A DNA stretch of 64,000 nt from Candidatus Bathyarchaeota archaeon (GCA_963768425.1 CAVYHV010000008.1:1-64000), one strand, 5' to 3'. Positions 7,547-17,775 are shown, numbered from the stretch's first letter. The notes: generated from the sequence alone by a model not told the origin. Translations and numbers: made by a program.

Positions 7547-7832
7547 AAAGCCCTCTTCCGTTATGTTGGACCTAAAATAAGGCATCCCATAAAAACCTGC
7601 ATGAAATTTGCGGAGTTATTCTATGTTGTTCTTAGGCATTTTAGAATAGAGTGAAATTCATCTGATCAAAGCTATAAAACGGGGTTTTCATGGAGAAAAA
7701 TCGTTTCCTATCACACTAGCCTATATACTAAAATAGCACATTATACATGATTGTGGAATTGTTAAAAGGGCAAACCCTCCGCCGAACTTGTCCACAATAG
7801 TTTCTGGCAAAACAATTACAGGTAGAAAAACT

Positions 7833-8459
7833 TTGAATCAAAAAAAGACAACAATAATGGAGTACCTTGCGTTTCTTTCCGTAAAAGAAGGTATCTACTT
7901 GCCAGAGCTTCATCGCGCCATGGTGGAAGCCAAAGAAAAGGAAAAAGCAACCTGCCAAAACTTGACGGTTGAATACCGTGGCACCATAAAAGGCGAAGCA
8001 ATCTTTTTGATAACCAAAAACACAAAAGTTGTCGTTCAATTTCGGGTTTCCGAAGAAATTCTTGTCAGAAAAAACATCAGTTTTGAACGCTGGATGACCA
8101 CCGACAAGATACGCCGACAAATGAATAAACAAAACACGTCACCTACGTTATCTATGATGGTTCAAAACCTTCGCCACGGCATGAAAAAAGTCAACTTGGA
8201 AGCCAAAGTTCTTGAAACACAGAAACCTTCCATAGTTCAGACCCGTTATGGAAACAGCGCCAAAGTAACTAACGCTTGGATCGCTGATGAGACTGGAAAA
8301 ATCAAGCTTTGCCTCTGGAACGAACAAGCAGATATTCTAGCGGTAGGCGACACCGTGCAGATTAAGAATGCTTCCGTCTCCACGTTTAAAGGTGAAAGAC
8401 AAATTCGCCTTGGCAAAACAGCTACCCTTAATGTTCTTCAAAACCACCTCGCATCATAA
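7833..8459 (+). CDS. OB-fold single-stranded nucleic-acid-binding protein (SSB/RPA-like) with an extra N-terminal domain
   Basis: C-terminal LRHGMKKVNLEAKVLE...IADETGKIKLCLWNEQ...GDTVQIKNA..FKGE is the archaeal SSB OB fold; start uncertain (TTG 7833 or ATG 7857). Confidence 0.85.
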   Translation: MNQKKTTIMEYLAFLSVKEGIYLPELHRAMVEAKEKEKATCQNLTVEYRGTIKGEAIFLITKNTKVVVQFRVSEEILVRKNISFERWMTTDKIRRQMNKQNTSPTLSMMVQNLRHGMKKVNLEAKVLETQKPSIVQTRYGNSAKVTNAWIADETGKIKLCLWNEQADILAVGDTVQIKNASVSTFKGERQIRLGKTATLNVLQNHLAS

Positions 8460-8635
8460 AATGAGTCCCGAAGAATGAGCAAAACAAGGGTCTGTGCTCA
8501 GCTTTCGTTTAGGTAAGAAACATAAAATAAAAGACCCCGACAAGGCCGCAGACTAGATAACTCTAAATACGTTATTCTGCTTTTTTATTTTCAGTCAAAA
8601 AAAGCATCAGTATATTTGCCAACAAAAATTTAAGG

Positions 8636-9646
8636 TTGAAATTCGTGAGAGACAACGCCCTTAGCTATCAAGAAACCCTGCAGGTTGGTTTCAGGCTATA
8701 TCGTGGATTCCTTTTGAATTCGCTCAGAGTAAAAACTCCTGTGTTTGGCGGGCACAAGTTAACTTACAACTGTAATCTAAAATGTAAAATGTGTCCCTTC
8801 TGGAAAAGATCCAGCGAAAATTTAAGCACGCAAAAAGAAAAAGAAATTTTGAGGCAATTCTACGATTCAGGCGTTTGCGCCGTGGGATTTGAAGGTGGAG
8901 AGCCTCTTTTAAGAGAAGACTTGCCTGAAATCCTAGCATACTCCCGTTCCCTGCCTCTGCATACAAGTCTAATCACCAACGGCACGCTTCTTAAATCAAG
9001 GGTTGATGAAATTGCCCCATACATCAGCGGCATAGTCTTCGTTTCGTTAGATGGACCTGCGAAAATTCATGACAAGATAAGAGGCGTTAATGGCACTTTC
9101 AGAAGAGCGGTTGAGGGTATAAATGCAGCAAAAGAGCAAGTTTCGATAACTATCAACATGACTTTGATGTCTGAAAACCTCTCTGAAGTTGAAGAAATGG
9201 TGAAATTGGCGAAGGATTTGGGAGTGAAAATCGTTTTTTCGGTAGCTTATGGATACCACAGCGCTGATGCTTCTGCACCTAGAGCCGACGAAATAAAAAA
9301 GGTCGCCAAACAACTTCTTGAATTAAAGAAAAAAAGTTACCCCATAATGAACTCGTCAAGTTACTTCAAAGTTATAGCCAAAGAAAGAAAATGGAAATGC
9401 AAGCCCTGGTCAGTTGTCAACGTTGGTCCAGATGGCCGGTTGGTTCTGCCTTGTTACGTTCATAATCAGTACGAGACAGGCGCTTCTGTTTTTGAGAATA
9501 GTGTTAAAGCTGTCACTTCAAGCTTTGATTGGGGTGAGGTTCATGATTGCATTAACTGCAATCTTCATTGTTACGTGGAGCCTTCTCTTATCCTTTCTTG
9601 GGATTTTCGTAGCTGGGGAGATTGGGTTTTCCCAAACAAAGCATGA
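8636..9646 (+). CDS. Radical SAM/SPASM-like protein (resembles PTO1314 family)
   Basis: CNLKCKMC motif, GGEP, ITNG, VSLDG; C-terminal Cys cluster CKPW...LPCY...CINCNLHCY. Confidence 0.9.
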   Translation: MKFVRDNALSYQETLQVGFRLYRGFLLNSLRVKTPVFGGHKLTYNCNLKCKMCPFWKRSSENLSTQKEKEILRQFYDSGVCAVGFEGGEPLLREDLPEILAYSRSLPLHTSLITNGTLLKSRVDEIAPYISGIVFVSLDGPAKIHDKIRGVNGTFRRAVEGINAAKEQVSITINMTLMSENLSEVEEMVKLAKDLGVKIVFSVAYGYHSADASAPRADEIKKVAKQLLELKKKSYPIMNSSSYFKVIAKERKWKCKPWSVVNVGPDGRLVLPCYVHNQYETGASVFENSVKAVTSSFDWGEVHDCINCNLHCYVEPSLILSWDFRSWGDWVFPNKA

Positions 9647-9801
9647 TGTCGGATATTTTTTGTTCATTTTTTTGGGGTGGAGTGCAATGATAATTGGTAA
9701 AAGTGCTAATTACTATAAAGTATGTCAAACCATTATTATTTTAGTGTTATTAGTGCTATAGTGTTATATAGTAAGCTTTACATTATCACTTTGTGAAACA
9801 C

Positions 9802-10101
9802 ATGTCTAACCAAGAAAAAATCGTCCATAAAAAAATAGTTGCAAAAGCCACCCCCGTAAATGAAATACCTGAAGGAAGAAAGCGAGTAAAAATTCCAGAG
9901 TACGACGCAGTTTTTAAGCAAATCATTGACAGCACCGCTGAAATGTTCAAGGTCGAGGTCGAAGGCAAAACAGTAAGATCTTTATACGCGCCATTCTCGT
10001 TCAGAGTCAAAGCATACAACAAATTACCCAACAGAAAATTCAATGTAGCACTCAGGGTCAGAAACAGAGAAGTCTACATCGTTAAACAGAAAAAACAATA
10101 A
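9802..10101 (+). CDS. Hypothetical basic protein
   Basis: Clean ATG ORF of about 99 aa with protein-like composition. Confidence 0.65.
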   Translation: MSNQEKIVHKKIVAKATPVNEIPEGRKRVKIPEYDAVFKQIIDSTAEMFKVEVEGKTVRSLYAPFSFRVKAYNKLPNRKFNVALRVRNREVYIVKQKKQ

Positions 10102-10304
10102 AACTCGCAAATTTGTTTTGCGGGTCTGTTCCCCTTTTGGGTTTAAGTTCGGCTTAATCCACTTTCGTGGTTCCCAAATCTGTTATTTACCTGGTTTCAA
10201 GAGGTGCCGATTCAAGCTGTCAACCTTGTTTAATTTCCAGAGAGTCTTTATGTTTCCGTAATGCTTAACCGTGGCGTTTTGCGTATAATTGTAACCAAAA
10301 ATTC

Positions 10305-11047
10305 ATGAGAGGTAACGGTTTGACGGCTACAAAAGGAATTCGGAACAACGAATACTTCAAAACATTAGTTGCCGTCGTTTTAGTAATCGTTATCGTTTTC
10401 GGCTTGTTCTTCGGTTTGCGGTCGGCGCTGAACACATCTGACCCTGCATTAACCGTGGTAAGCGGCAGCATGAGCATCCCCTATGACGCAGCTGACAACA
10501 ACTTTTGGCTCACGTTAAGCACACCGTTCGACCGAACCCTAAGCGTTGGCGACATCATAATTGTCCAAGGAGTCAACCCGAAAGACCTGAACACGAACTA
10601 CCCAAACAGCGACATCATTGTCTTCCATGAACCAGGCGACTATAACACTTTGATAGTTCACCGCATAGTCAAATCCGAGACTGTAGATGGCACACTTTAC
10701 TTTATCACCAAAGGAGACGGAAACGGGAACACTAATCCTTGGCCGAGACGCCCACGTCGGGATTCGACACGTGGGACAGCAACAACCCGCCGGGAGTTCC
10801 AGCAAGCGACGTAGTTGGCAAGGTGATTTTGCGAATTCCATGGTTCGGATGGGTAACAATTTTCGTGCATGACGACCAGTGGGGGCTGCCCGTAATTATC
10901 ATCCTAATCTTGTTGATTGCAGTTATTGAATTCGTTCTGCCAATGCTCAGAGAGAAGAAGCCTCCGCAAGACAATCAAAACCCGCCACCGCCTCAAAACA
11001 CGATGGGTCCTTCAGCAGCTGTTTCCCAGATTTTCCTTCATTTCTAA
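10305..11047 (+). CDS. sec11: Signal peptidase I (archaeal Sec11/S26B type), frameshift near 10740
   Basis: N-terminal TM, VVSGSM, GDIIIV, IVHRIV, FITKGDGN; the second frame continues VVGKVILRIPWFGWV plus a TM segment. Confidence 0.9.
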
Positions 11048-11270
11048 GCTTTCTTGCCGTCATATCTTTTCGCACATCTAACCGAAAAAGTTTGCAAGCT
11101 CTATACCAAAAACCAATCCAAAACAAGCCAAGAATAGCGAAGTAGTCTGCCTAGAGACTCATTTTTGTAACCAAGATCCGCCACAAGAATGGAGGCAAAT
11201 AAAAAAGAGCAAACTCGTTTATTTTTTGAATTGAAAACTAAGAAAAGAAGAAAGGAATCCGGTTGGGTGT

Positions 11271-11517
11271 TTAACGGTGTTTTCTAAGTGATACAATTGC
11301 GACAGCTTTCACTACGATTAGGACGACTATGCCGATCAGGTAGTAGTCGGTAGCGGGTAAGCCTGTGTTTGTCGGCGGTGCTGTGGTGCTTGGTTTTTGG
11401 CCGATGGCGTAGACGTTGTAGTCATAGGAGCCGAAGTAAGCTACTCCGTTGGCTATTGCTGGGGACGAGTAAGATGCAGAAAATAACTACAGTTGCTAAA
11501 CCGTAAAATTTCTTCAT
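11271..11517 (-). pseudogene. Internally deleted secreted PQQ-like beta-propeller surface protein
   Basis: Signal peptide MKKFYGLATVVIFCILLV joined out of frame to SSPAIANGVAYFGSYDYNVYAIG, a P/T linker and TM anchor YYLIGIVVLIVV...RKHR*. Confidence 0.7.
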
Positions 11518-11668
11518 AACTCTCAAGCATTATAGCACCGAGAATTTTGCTCTTATTCATTTCTCCTTAAGCATTAGGGTTCTAACAGATGTAATGTTGA
11601 TCTCACACCCAAAATCATGAGGCAGGGGAAAGTATAAGAAAAACGAAATTTGACTATCATAGCATCCC

Positions 11669-12088
11669 TTGGGAGGTAGGATAACGAGGAAAGTTTTCAT
11701 TGCGGGGCCAATTCTTGGAATGGAAAGCCGTCAGGAATACAGGTTAAAAATCACCGATGTTTTGGTCAAAGCGGGGTTTGAAGTTATAGATCCATGGAAC
11801 AGGGAGAAAATTCTCTACAAGGGCGATGAACGGTGCTGGTGGGATAAGGTTCCTACATTCGACTTCATCCAGCGGGATCTTGATGACGCTGACCGCTGCG
11901 ACTTAATGGTTGTCTACCTACCAATCCTCTCAGCCGGAGCTTGCATGGAGATGTTTTATGCAAAACGTAAAGGCAAGAAAGTCATCGTTGTGTCAGAAAT
12001 CGATTGTCTAAGTCCCTGGATCATAGCACATTCAGATAAGGTCATAAGAGATTTTGACCAGCTTGAAGACTGCCTGAAAGAAACGTAG
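11669..12088 (+). CDS. Nucleoside 2-deoxyribosyltransferase-like protein
   Basis: KVFIAGPI, VIDPW, RDLDDADRCD, SAGACMEMFYA...KKVIVV pattern. Confidence 0.8.
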   Translation: MGGRITRKVFIAGPILGMESRQEYRLKITDVLVKAGFEVIDPWNREKILYKGDERCWWDKVPTFDFIQRDLDDADRCDLMVVYLPILSAGACMEMFYAKRKGKKVIVVSEIDCLSPWIIAHSDKVIRDFDQLEDCLKET

Positions 12089-12204
12089 TGTCCTTGGTGA
12101 TGCGAAAAGAGATTCTGGCTGCTTGTTGTAGTAACGATGCAACAACATATCATTATTACCTCCTCAAGTTGAGTTAGATGTAAAGTTTTGTAGAGGTGAT
12201 TTCA

Positions 12205-12360
12205 CTGTCAAAAAATCGATCAAAAAAGAAATCAGACATAACTATCCCTAAGCCCGAAATGACCCCTCATAAAAAATTTAAGTGCCCACTTGACCAACAA
12301 ATCTATGAAACAAAGGAACAATACGAGGCACACTGCCATGAAGAGCACGACGTACTTTAG
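12205..12360 (+). CDS. Small C2H2-like zinc-finger protein (51 aa, CTG start)
   Basis: GAGGTGA SD then (M)SKNRSKKKSDITIPKPEMTPHKKFKCPLDQQIYETKEQYEAHCHEEHDVL*. Confidence 0.6.
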   Translation: MSKNRSKKKSDITIPKPEMTPHKKFKCPLDQQIYETKEQYEAHCHEEHDVL

Positions 12361-12679
12361 AAAATAAAAATCAACCAGCTTTAACTTGGTCTCTATTTTT
12401 AAGGGGATACAAATAGCCTTGCTGGCGTTTTACTTATTTTATTTATCTTATTGCTTCGTCGATTTTTGAGTCACGTTTCGTTTTCGTGACTTCCATGAAC
12501 AGTTCCAGACATTCTTCTTTAGTTGGTGCTTCGATTCCTATGCTGCCTTAAGCGCCAATGTCGATCCTGTACTTTTTTCTGTCTCCTCTATCTTCCCCTT
12601 GGCTCATGATTTTCTTCTCCCCCTTCCCTCCATTAGCATTATTCGGATAACAGATTATTTACTTTATGAGGTAAACAAC

Positions 12680-13465
12680 TTATGAGGTTAATGGCATTTC
12701 ACCGATAAGGCGAAAACTTTCCTTGGGGTTAAAAACGACAAAAACCGCATGGCGCATGTACCTTCCCATCCTCGGAATCAGCCCAGCAGCATCAGTTCCA
12801 AGCTTACACGTCAAAGCAGACTCAAACAAACCCAACCTCTCAACGTCAATTACATCGCGATCAAGTCTGGTCCTTTTAAGCACCGTATCAACGTCCCCTA
12901 CAGAAGCTCCCAAAACAATCAGCCTATCCAGAAGAGATTGCTGCCACAAACGCATTTTTTCCAATTGAGCCGTTGATAATTCAGCTTGCAGTTGCTCACC
13001 TTCGCCTGCTAAGGCAGTCACTTTTATGGTTAAAGGCAAATTTTCATGCAACCCGTAGGCTTCTGCAATCCTCTTCAAATCGAGTTTCTTCCCATCTGCA
13101 AGCTCTGCCTGCAAAAAAGCTAAGGGAACGGTTGCCAGGGTTATTTTCGGTTCAAAAACTCCAACATCGACAGTTAATTCGTTTTTGACCGCGTCAAGCT
13201 TTGCAAGGTATCCTTTGAGGTCGGAGGATTTTTCGACTCTTTTTATGCTTACGGGGCAGGTGCCTATTTCCTTGTTGATGTAGTTTGTGGCTATGACTTC
13301 GTCCTCTCCAGAAAGAGAAACTTGAACCCACTTGTTGACGGGAGCACCCAAAACTTTGAAGTCTAAATCCAAGTTTTCAAACTCAGCCTTCAACAACTCA
13401 TCTACCTGTTTCAGTTGTGCCTCTCCACGGGATTTAACAAGCAAAGTCAAAACGGTCATAATCAA
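12680..13465 (-). CDS. Conserved archaeal protein (DUF2110-like)
   Basis: WVQVSLSGEDE, LTVDVG, RDVIDVERLGLFE..CKLGTDAAGLI; position in the trm56-tfe gene cluster. Confidence 0.75.
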   Translation of the reverse strand: MIMTVLTLLVKSRGEAQLKQVDELLKAEFENLDLDFKVLGAPVNKWVQVSLSGEDEVIATNYINKEIGTCPVSIKRVEKSSDLKGYLAKLDAVKNELTVDVGVFEPKITLATVPLAFLQAELADGKKLDLKRIAEAYGLHENLPLTIKVTALAGEGEQLQAELSTAQLEKMRLWQQSLLDRLIVLGASVGDVDTVLKRTRLDRDVIDVERLGLFESALTCKLGTDAAGLIPRMGRYMRHAVFVVFNPKESFRLIGEMPLTS

Positions 13466-13992
13466 TTACCCAACAAAGCTGTTACTTCCGCATGGAGCCT
13501 TCTAACTCTTTCTGCAGCATCCTTATGCCCCGCCGCCTGAAGACGTTTGATTTCGAGGTCTATAGGAGCACGTCCGAGTTTAGAGTTGTCAACCAGTTTG
13601 TCAGCGTATGAAACAATTTTCTCCTCGAAGGAAATTGGCGTGTAGATGCCTTGTGGCCAACCGAACGCAGCGGCTTCCTTTGCGGTGAATCCGCCGCCAA
13701 CATGCGCTTTAATTATCTGGGCAACTGCTGCGGGAAGACCTTCTGACAGCGCGATTTGTGCACCGACAACTCCATGGTCAACAGCGTTTGTCTTTGAGCG
13801 ACCAATATCATGCAAAAGAGCACCTGCCTCAACCAGTTTCAGATCCAACTTGACGCCTTTCTTTTTTAGTTGGTTTGCTATCTCCAAAGATATTTCTGAA
13901 ACAGCTTGGCAGTGACTGATGACTTTAGGTGAACAATTGTTTTTCCGAAGAAGTTCGATGGCTTGCTCCCTTGAAGGAAGCGGATTACTCAC
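13462..13992 (-). CDS. HDIG-domain metal-dependent phosphohydrolase
   Basis: HCQAV, ALLHDIGRS, HGVVGA, HVGGG, EEKIVSYADKL. Confidence 0.9.
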   Translation of the reverse strand: MSNPLPSREQAIELLRKNNCSPKVISHCQAVSEISLEIANQLKKKGVKLDLKLVEAGALLHDIGRSKTNAVDHGVVGAQIALSEGLPAAVAQIIKAHVGGGFTAKEAAAFGWPQGIYTPISFEEKIVSYADKLVDNSKLGRAPIDLEIKRLQAAGHKDAAERVRRLHAEVTALLGN

Positions 13993-14497
13993 CGAGTTCC
14001 TTCCTTAGCGTATCAACTTTCTCAGAAAGTTTGCTTATCATTTGTTCGTTTGCAAAATGAACAAGAGGTTTGCCGCAGCCTGAGCAGTGGAATACTACTT
14101 CGACCGCTTCTTCAAAGGGAACGCGTTTACATTCTGGACTGCCGCAGTAATAGAAATCATGATTTTTTTCATACTCCAATCTGACGTTGAGTTTTTCCAG
14201 CACCCGCCTTTTCTGGCTTAAGATAAAGCCTTCAAGCTGGTCAGGTTGAAGCTTCCAATGGAAAATGAACCAGCCTGTTTTGGGGTCACGCGTCCTTCTA
14301 AGGCTTACAAGCGAGTGATCGTAGAGTTTGTAGAGAATTTTGCGCACTGAGTTAAGGCGAATACCTATTTTATTCGCTATTTCATCATCAGTTATCTCAT
14401 CCACGCCTTTGAGATACTCAATAAGTTTGACAGCTTCTTCCTCTCCCAACGCCACAGCAACCTTCATCATGGTTGCATCATCAATAGTCGATAACAT
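13985..14497 (-). CDS. tfe: Transcription factor E alpha subunit
   Basis: TDDEIA...VRKILYKLY...RDPKTGWFIFHW winged helix plus Zn ribbon YYC...C..FEEA...FHCSGCG. Confidence 0.95.
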   Translation of the reverse strand: MLSTIDDATMMKVAVALGEEEAVKLIEYLKGVDEITDDEIANKIGIRLNSVRKILYKLYDHSLVSLRRTRDPKTGWFIFHWKLQPDQLEGFILSQKRRVLEKLNVRLEYEKNHDFYYCGSPECKRVPFEEAVEVVFHCSGCGKPLVHFANEQMISKLSEKVDTLRKELGE

Positions 14498-14563
14498 AGC
14501 CTGATTTCCTTTACATATAATACTGGAACTTCCTATAATAAAACTGTTCTTGCCCATTTAAAC

Positions 14564-15148
14564 TTATTTAGCATCAGTTTTTATCTCTTTTCCCCTGGCT
14601 TTGGGCACAATCCTCATTTTGGCTTTGTCAAAAGTCCTCGTTAACTCTTCACCGGCGAAGTAATGGTCCAGAAACACGGCAAGAGCAGCGCATTCCGAAT
14701 GAGGCTGGTTCCCGACGGAGACGTTAAAGTCTGATACATCGCTTGAGTAGAAGTCGCCTGGGACCTTCTGGCTGCCAACCACGATTAGAATGTCCCTACC
14801 TGAACTTTTGATCCGGCTCAAAACATCGCTTGACTGAAGATTTTCTCCGTAAGCTGTTAAGTGAACGATTAGACCCCCCTTAGTTTTCCAGTCGCGTACG
14901 GCTTTTTTCCAGGGAATTCCCATTTCGAAATGAAATGTTCCGCCCCAATGGTCAGTTATCTTTTTGACTGTTGATTCTATGTTGGGGTCTTGTACATCTG
15001 AAAGGATGAAGCCTGAAGCGCACAAAGCTCTAGCTGTTAAGGCAACGTGAGTGGTTAATCGAACGTCACGCTGCGGTCGGTGACCCCACCTTAAAACTAC
15101 AATCTGAGGTGAACTACACGGTTTTTGGGTTGGTTTCGAATCTGCCAT
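14564..15148 (-). CDS. trm56: tRNA (cytidine56-2'-O)-methyltransferase
   Basis: VLRWGHRPQRDVRLTTHVALTARA, VHLTAYG, VGSQKVP, VGNQPHSE. Confidence 0.95.
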   Translation of the reverse strand: MADSKPTQKPCSSPQIVVLRWGHRPQRDVRLTTHVALTARALCASGFILSDVQDPNIESTVKKITDHWGGTFHFEMGIPWKKAVRDWKTKGGLIVHLTAYGENLQSSDVLSRIKSSGRDILIVVGSQKVPGDFYSSDVSDFNVSVGNQPHSECAALAVFLDHYFAGEELTRTFDKAKMRIVPKARGKEIKTDAK

Positions 15149-16385
15149 TTAGTTCTTCCACTTTTCTTCTTACATGTTCCGCTAACTCGGGTGTAGCCTC
15201 AAAGACTATTTCAACTGAATCGTTAGTGAAGTTTTCTTTTCGCACGTCTGTTTTCCCGTGAACCCATGAGATAAACGGCATGGTCTTCCCATTTAAAGGA
15301 ACAGAAAACTGGGCTTGCACATAGTTTTCAAGAATTTTCAGTATTTTTGCTCTCAGCAAATCAAGGTTGATTTTACACTTGGCAGAAAGAAGAATTGGGT
15401 TCTTAGTCTTGTCTTTGAGCGCTTCGAGCTTTTGGGTTCTTTCGTCTTCGCTGAGCAAATCGATCTTGTTCAAAGCGGTTATCGTTGGAATCCCCGATGC
15501 CCCCAAGCGATCGATTGTCTCTAAGCAAACATTGTGCTTCTTCTCGATGCTCTCCATTGGTTCACTCAGGTCTAATAGCAGGATTATTAGGTCTGAAAAG
15601 ATTGTTTCTTCGAGAGTTGAATGAAAAGCTTCAATCAAAGATATAGGTAAACGGTCAATGAACCCGACGGTATCCGTCAGAAGAAACTTGCGGTTAGAAA
15701 ACTCCATTATCCTAGTGGTCGTTGAGAGAGTAGTAAATAATGCCTTATCAACTATTGTGGTTGCTTCCGTTAAAGCATTGAATAAGGAGCTTTTCCCAGA
15801 TTTGGTATATCCAGCAAGTGAAATAGTCAAAAAGCCCAGCTCCGTTCGCCTCTCTCGCTGCAACACTCTTTTTTCTCTGATTCTGGTTAGTTTCTTGCTG
15901 ATCGTTTGAACCTGCCTTTTTATGGCGTCACTGTAAACGTCTGCTTCGTATGCTCCAAGGCCCATGAAACCCGGTTGTTCGCTTCCTTTGGCCAACCTGA
16001 CTTTTTCTTTTGAATGTTTAAGCTCGTTTCTCAAGGTTGCCAGCTGAATCTGAAGTTGAGCCTCAGTGGTTGTGGCTCTTTTCGTGAAAATTTCAAGGAT
16101 AAGCTGGAAACGGTCAATAACTTCTACATGTGTTGCCTTTGCTAAATTGTATGTTTGGCGAGTTTTGAGTTGGTTATCAAAAATTACTTTGTCAGCAGCT
16201 TTCTCTTGTACCATCTGGGCGAGTTCTTCTACTTTTCCAGCGCCTATCTGATAACGCGAGTCAGGTAATCGAGTTTGCTCCATTTCGCCAACTACAATGT
16301 ACCCCGCGGATTCAGCCAGTCTTTTAAGTTCAGGTAAACTTGACTCTTCACGGTTTAGTCGTCGTTGAACTATGACGGCTTTCGT
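15114..16385 (-). CDS. hflX: GTPase HflX
   Basis: IGAGKVEEL, VIDRFQLILEIF, GYTKSGKSSLFN, DTVGFI, NKID; frame extends about 34 codons upstream of the annotated ATG. Confidence 0.95.
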   Translation of the reverse strand, partial: TKAVIVQRRLNREESSLPELKRLAESAGYIVVGEMEQTRLPDSRYQIGAGKVEELAQMVQEKAADKVIFDNQLKTRQTYNLAKATHVEVIDRFQLILEIFTKRATTTEAQLQIQLATLRNELKHSKEKVRLAKGSEQPGFMGLGAYEADVYSDAIKRQVQTISKKLTRIREKRVLQRERRTELGFLTISLAGYTKSGKSSLFNALTEATTIVDKALFTTLSTTTRIMEFSNRKFLLTDTVGFIDRLPISLIEAFHSTLEETIFSDLIILLLDLSEPMESIEKKHNVCLETIDRLGASGIPTITALNKIDLLSEDERTQKLEALKDKTKNPILLSAKCKINLDLLRAKILKILENYVQAQFSVPLNGKTMPFISWVHGKTDVRKENFTNDSVEIVFEATPELAEHVRRKVEELNGRFETNPKTV

Positions 16386-16897
16386 TCTGTAGCGGCCTCC
16401 GCGTCTTTCTCATCGATCTCAATAAGGTCGCCCAAAGTCAACTCTTCGTTGGCGGACTTAGGAATTTGAACGGCTTTTTCGTCTGAGATCGGAACAAGGA
16501 GCTTGATTTTTAACATGTGCTCAAGTTTAGAGGCTAGCTGGTTGTTCGGCTCCATTTTACCTGCCTCAAGGTTCCTTAGAACTGAGGCTTTCTCATTTAT
16601 TTTTTTGCCCAGTTCTTCATGGGTTAATCCCGTTTTCTCACGCGCCACTCTAATTTTGTTCGCGTAGTCTTGGGTGAGTTCCTGGGTGATTTGAACGCTG
16701 GGAGTTGAGGGTTTCTTCTGCAAGACAGGCATTGGCGTCAGCGGTTTTTTCTGGATATTCTTTGGAATAGCAATTTCTTCTTGATGAACTATTTTTCCAT
16801 GTTTAGCGCATTCTACGCAAACTGTTAGTCTTGCTCCTTCTATCACTGCCGTTATCGGTTCAGTGTGGATTTTGTGTCCGCAGACTTCGCATCTCAA
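16370..16897 (-). CDS. mbf1: Archaeal multiprotein bridging factor aMBF1
   Basis: N-terminal Zn ribbon CEVCG...VCVECA and Cro-type HTH; LTLGD tail; TTG start after AAAGGTGA. Confidence 0.95.
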   Translation of the reverse strand: MRCEVCGHKIHTEPITAVIEGARLTVCVECAKHGKIVHQEEIAIPKNIQKKPLTPMPVLQKKPSTPSVQITQELTQDYANKIRVAREKTGLTHEELGKKINEKASVLRNLEAGKMEPNNQLASKLEHMLKIKLLVPISDEKAVQIPKSANEELTLGDLIEIDEKDAEAATERKPS

Positions 16898-16983
16898 TGT
16901 AAGCTTTTCACCTTTCACTGTCTTTATTATCTTGTTATGTTTATACTTGTCGAAAGACCGAAAAACATGTTGACGGTGAACAC

Positions 16984-17475
16984 TTGGAAAACGAGCTTAC
17001 AAAAATAAGGGCCATCGCCGACTACCAATTTGGGAAAAATGTAGGCTCAAACCTGTTTCCGGAAAATGTGCACCTTGAACATTCTCCGAGAACAGGACGG
17101 ATTCGCTTTATCAACTTGGACGGCGAAAGGTTAGCTACACTTCGTCCCACTGACGGGTTGCTTTCGTTAAGCGTCAAGGCAGCAAAATTAATCGCTGAAA
17201 ATGTTCATTCTGTACATTGTTTTGTAACGGTGAAAAATGACGTCTCAAAATATATTGCCGTTGGGGGAGACGTTTTTGCGGTACATGTGGTTAAAGTCGA
17301 CTCTGAGATCCGAGCAGGCGACGAAGCAATTGTTGTAGACGAAGAAGGGAAAGTTTTGGCTGTTGGGAAAGCTACAATTTCAAGCGCGGAGATGACTGCC
17401 TTCAAAAGCGGCGTAGCCATTAAGGTGAGACACGGGACAGAAAAAAAGTCAGATTCTCTCATCGAAAAAAGCTGA
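16984..17475 (+). CDS. PUA-domain RNA-binding protein (archaeosine TGT C-terminal-like)
   Basis: IADYQFG, SPRTGRIR, GGDVFAVHV..D.EIRAGDE, AVGKA, AIKVRHG. Confidence 0.9.
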   Translation: MENELTKIRAIADYQFGKNVGSNLFPENVHLEHSPRTGRIRFINLDGERLATLRPTDGLLSLSVKAAKLIAENVHSVHCFVTVKNDVSKYIAVGGDVFAVHVVKVDSEIRAGDEAIVVDEEGKVLAVGKATISSAEMTAFKSGVAIKVRHGTEKKSDSLIEKS

Positions 17476-17775
17476 TTTGCACAGTTTCTAAGTTTGCTTT
17501 CACTTAAACGTTAGCGCTTGTGACGTTGACTTCTCATTTTGAGCAGCTCAATAAAACGCTTACCGTTCTAACATATTGTTCCCGTCAAACTTACGCCAAC
17601 CCATCAAAATCGCCTTTATTCCTTTTTCCCTCAAACTGGAAGGTATGCAGCCAGAAATGTTTTTTTAATTTTGCTCAAATAATCGATTTGAAGACAAAAT
17701 TACCAAAAAGAATCCAGTTTGAAAGTTAAAGTTTATATCAAGTTTCACCGCAGATACTTCTTGATGTGAAAGTCA

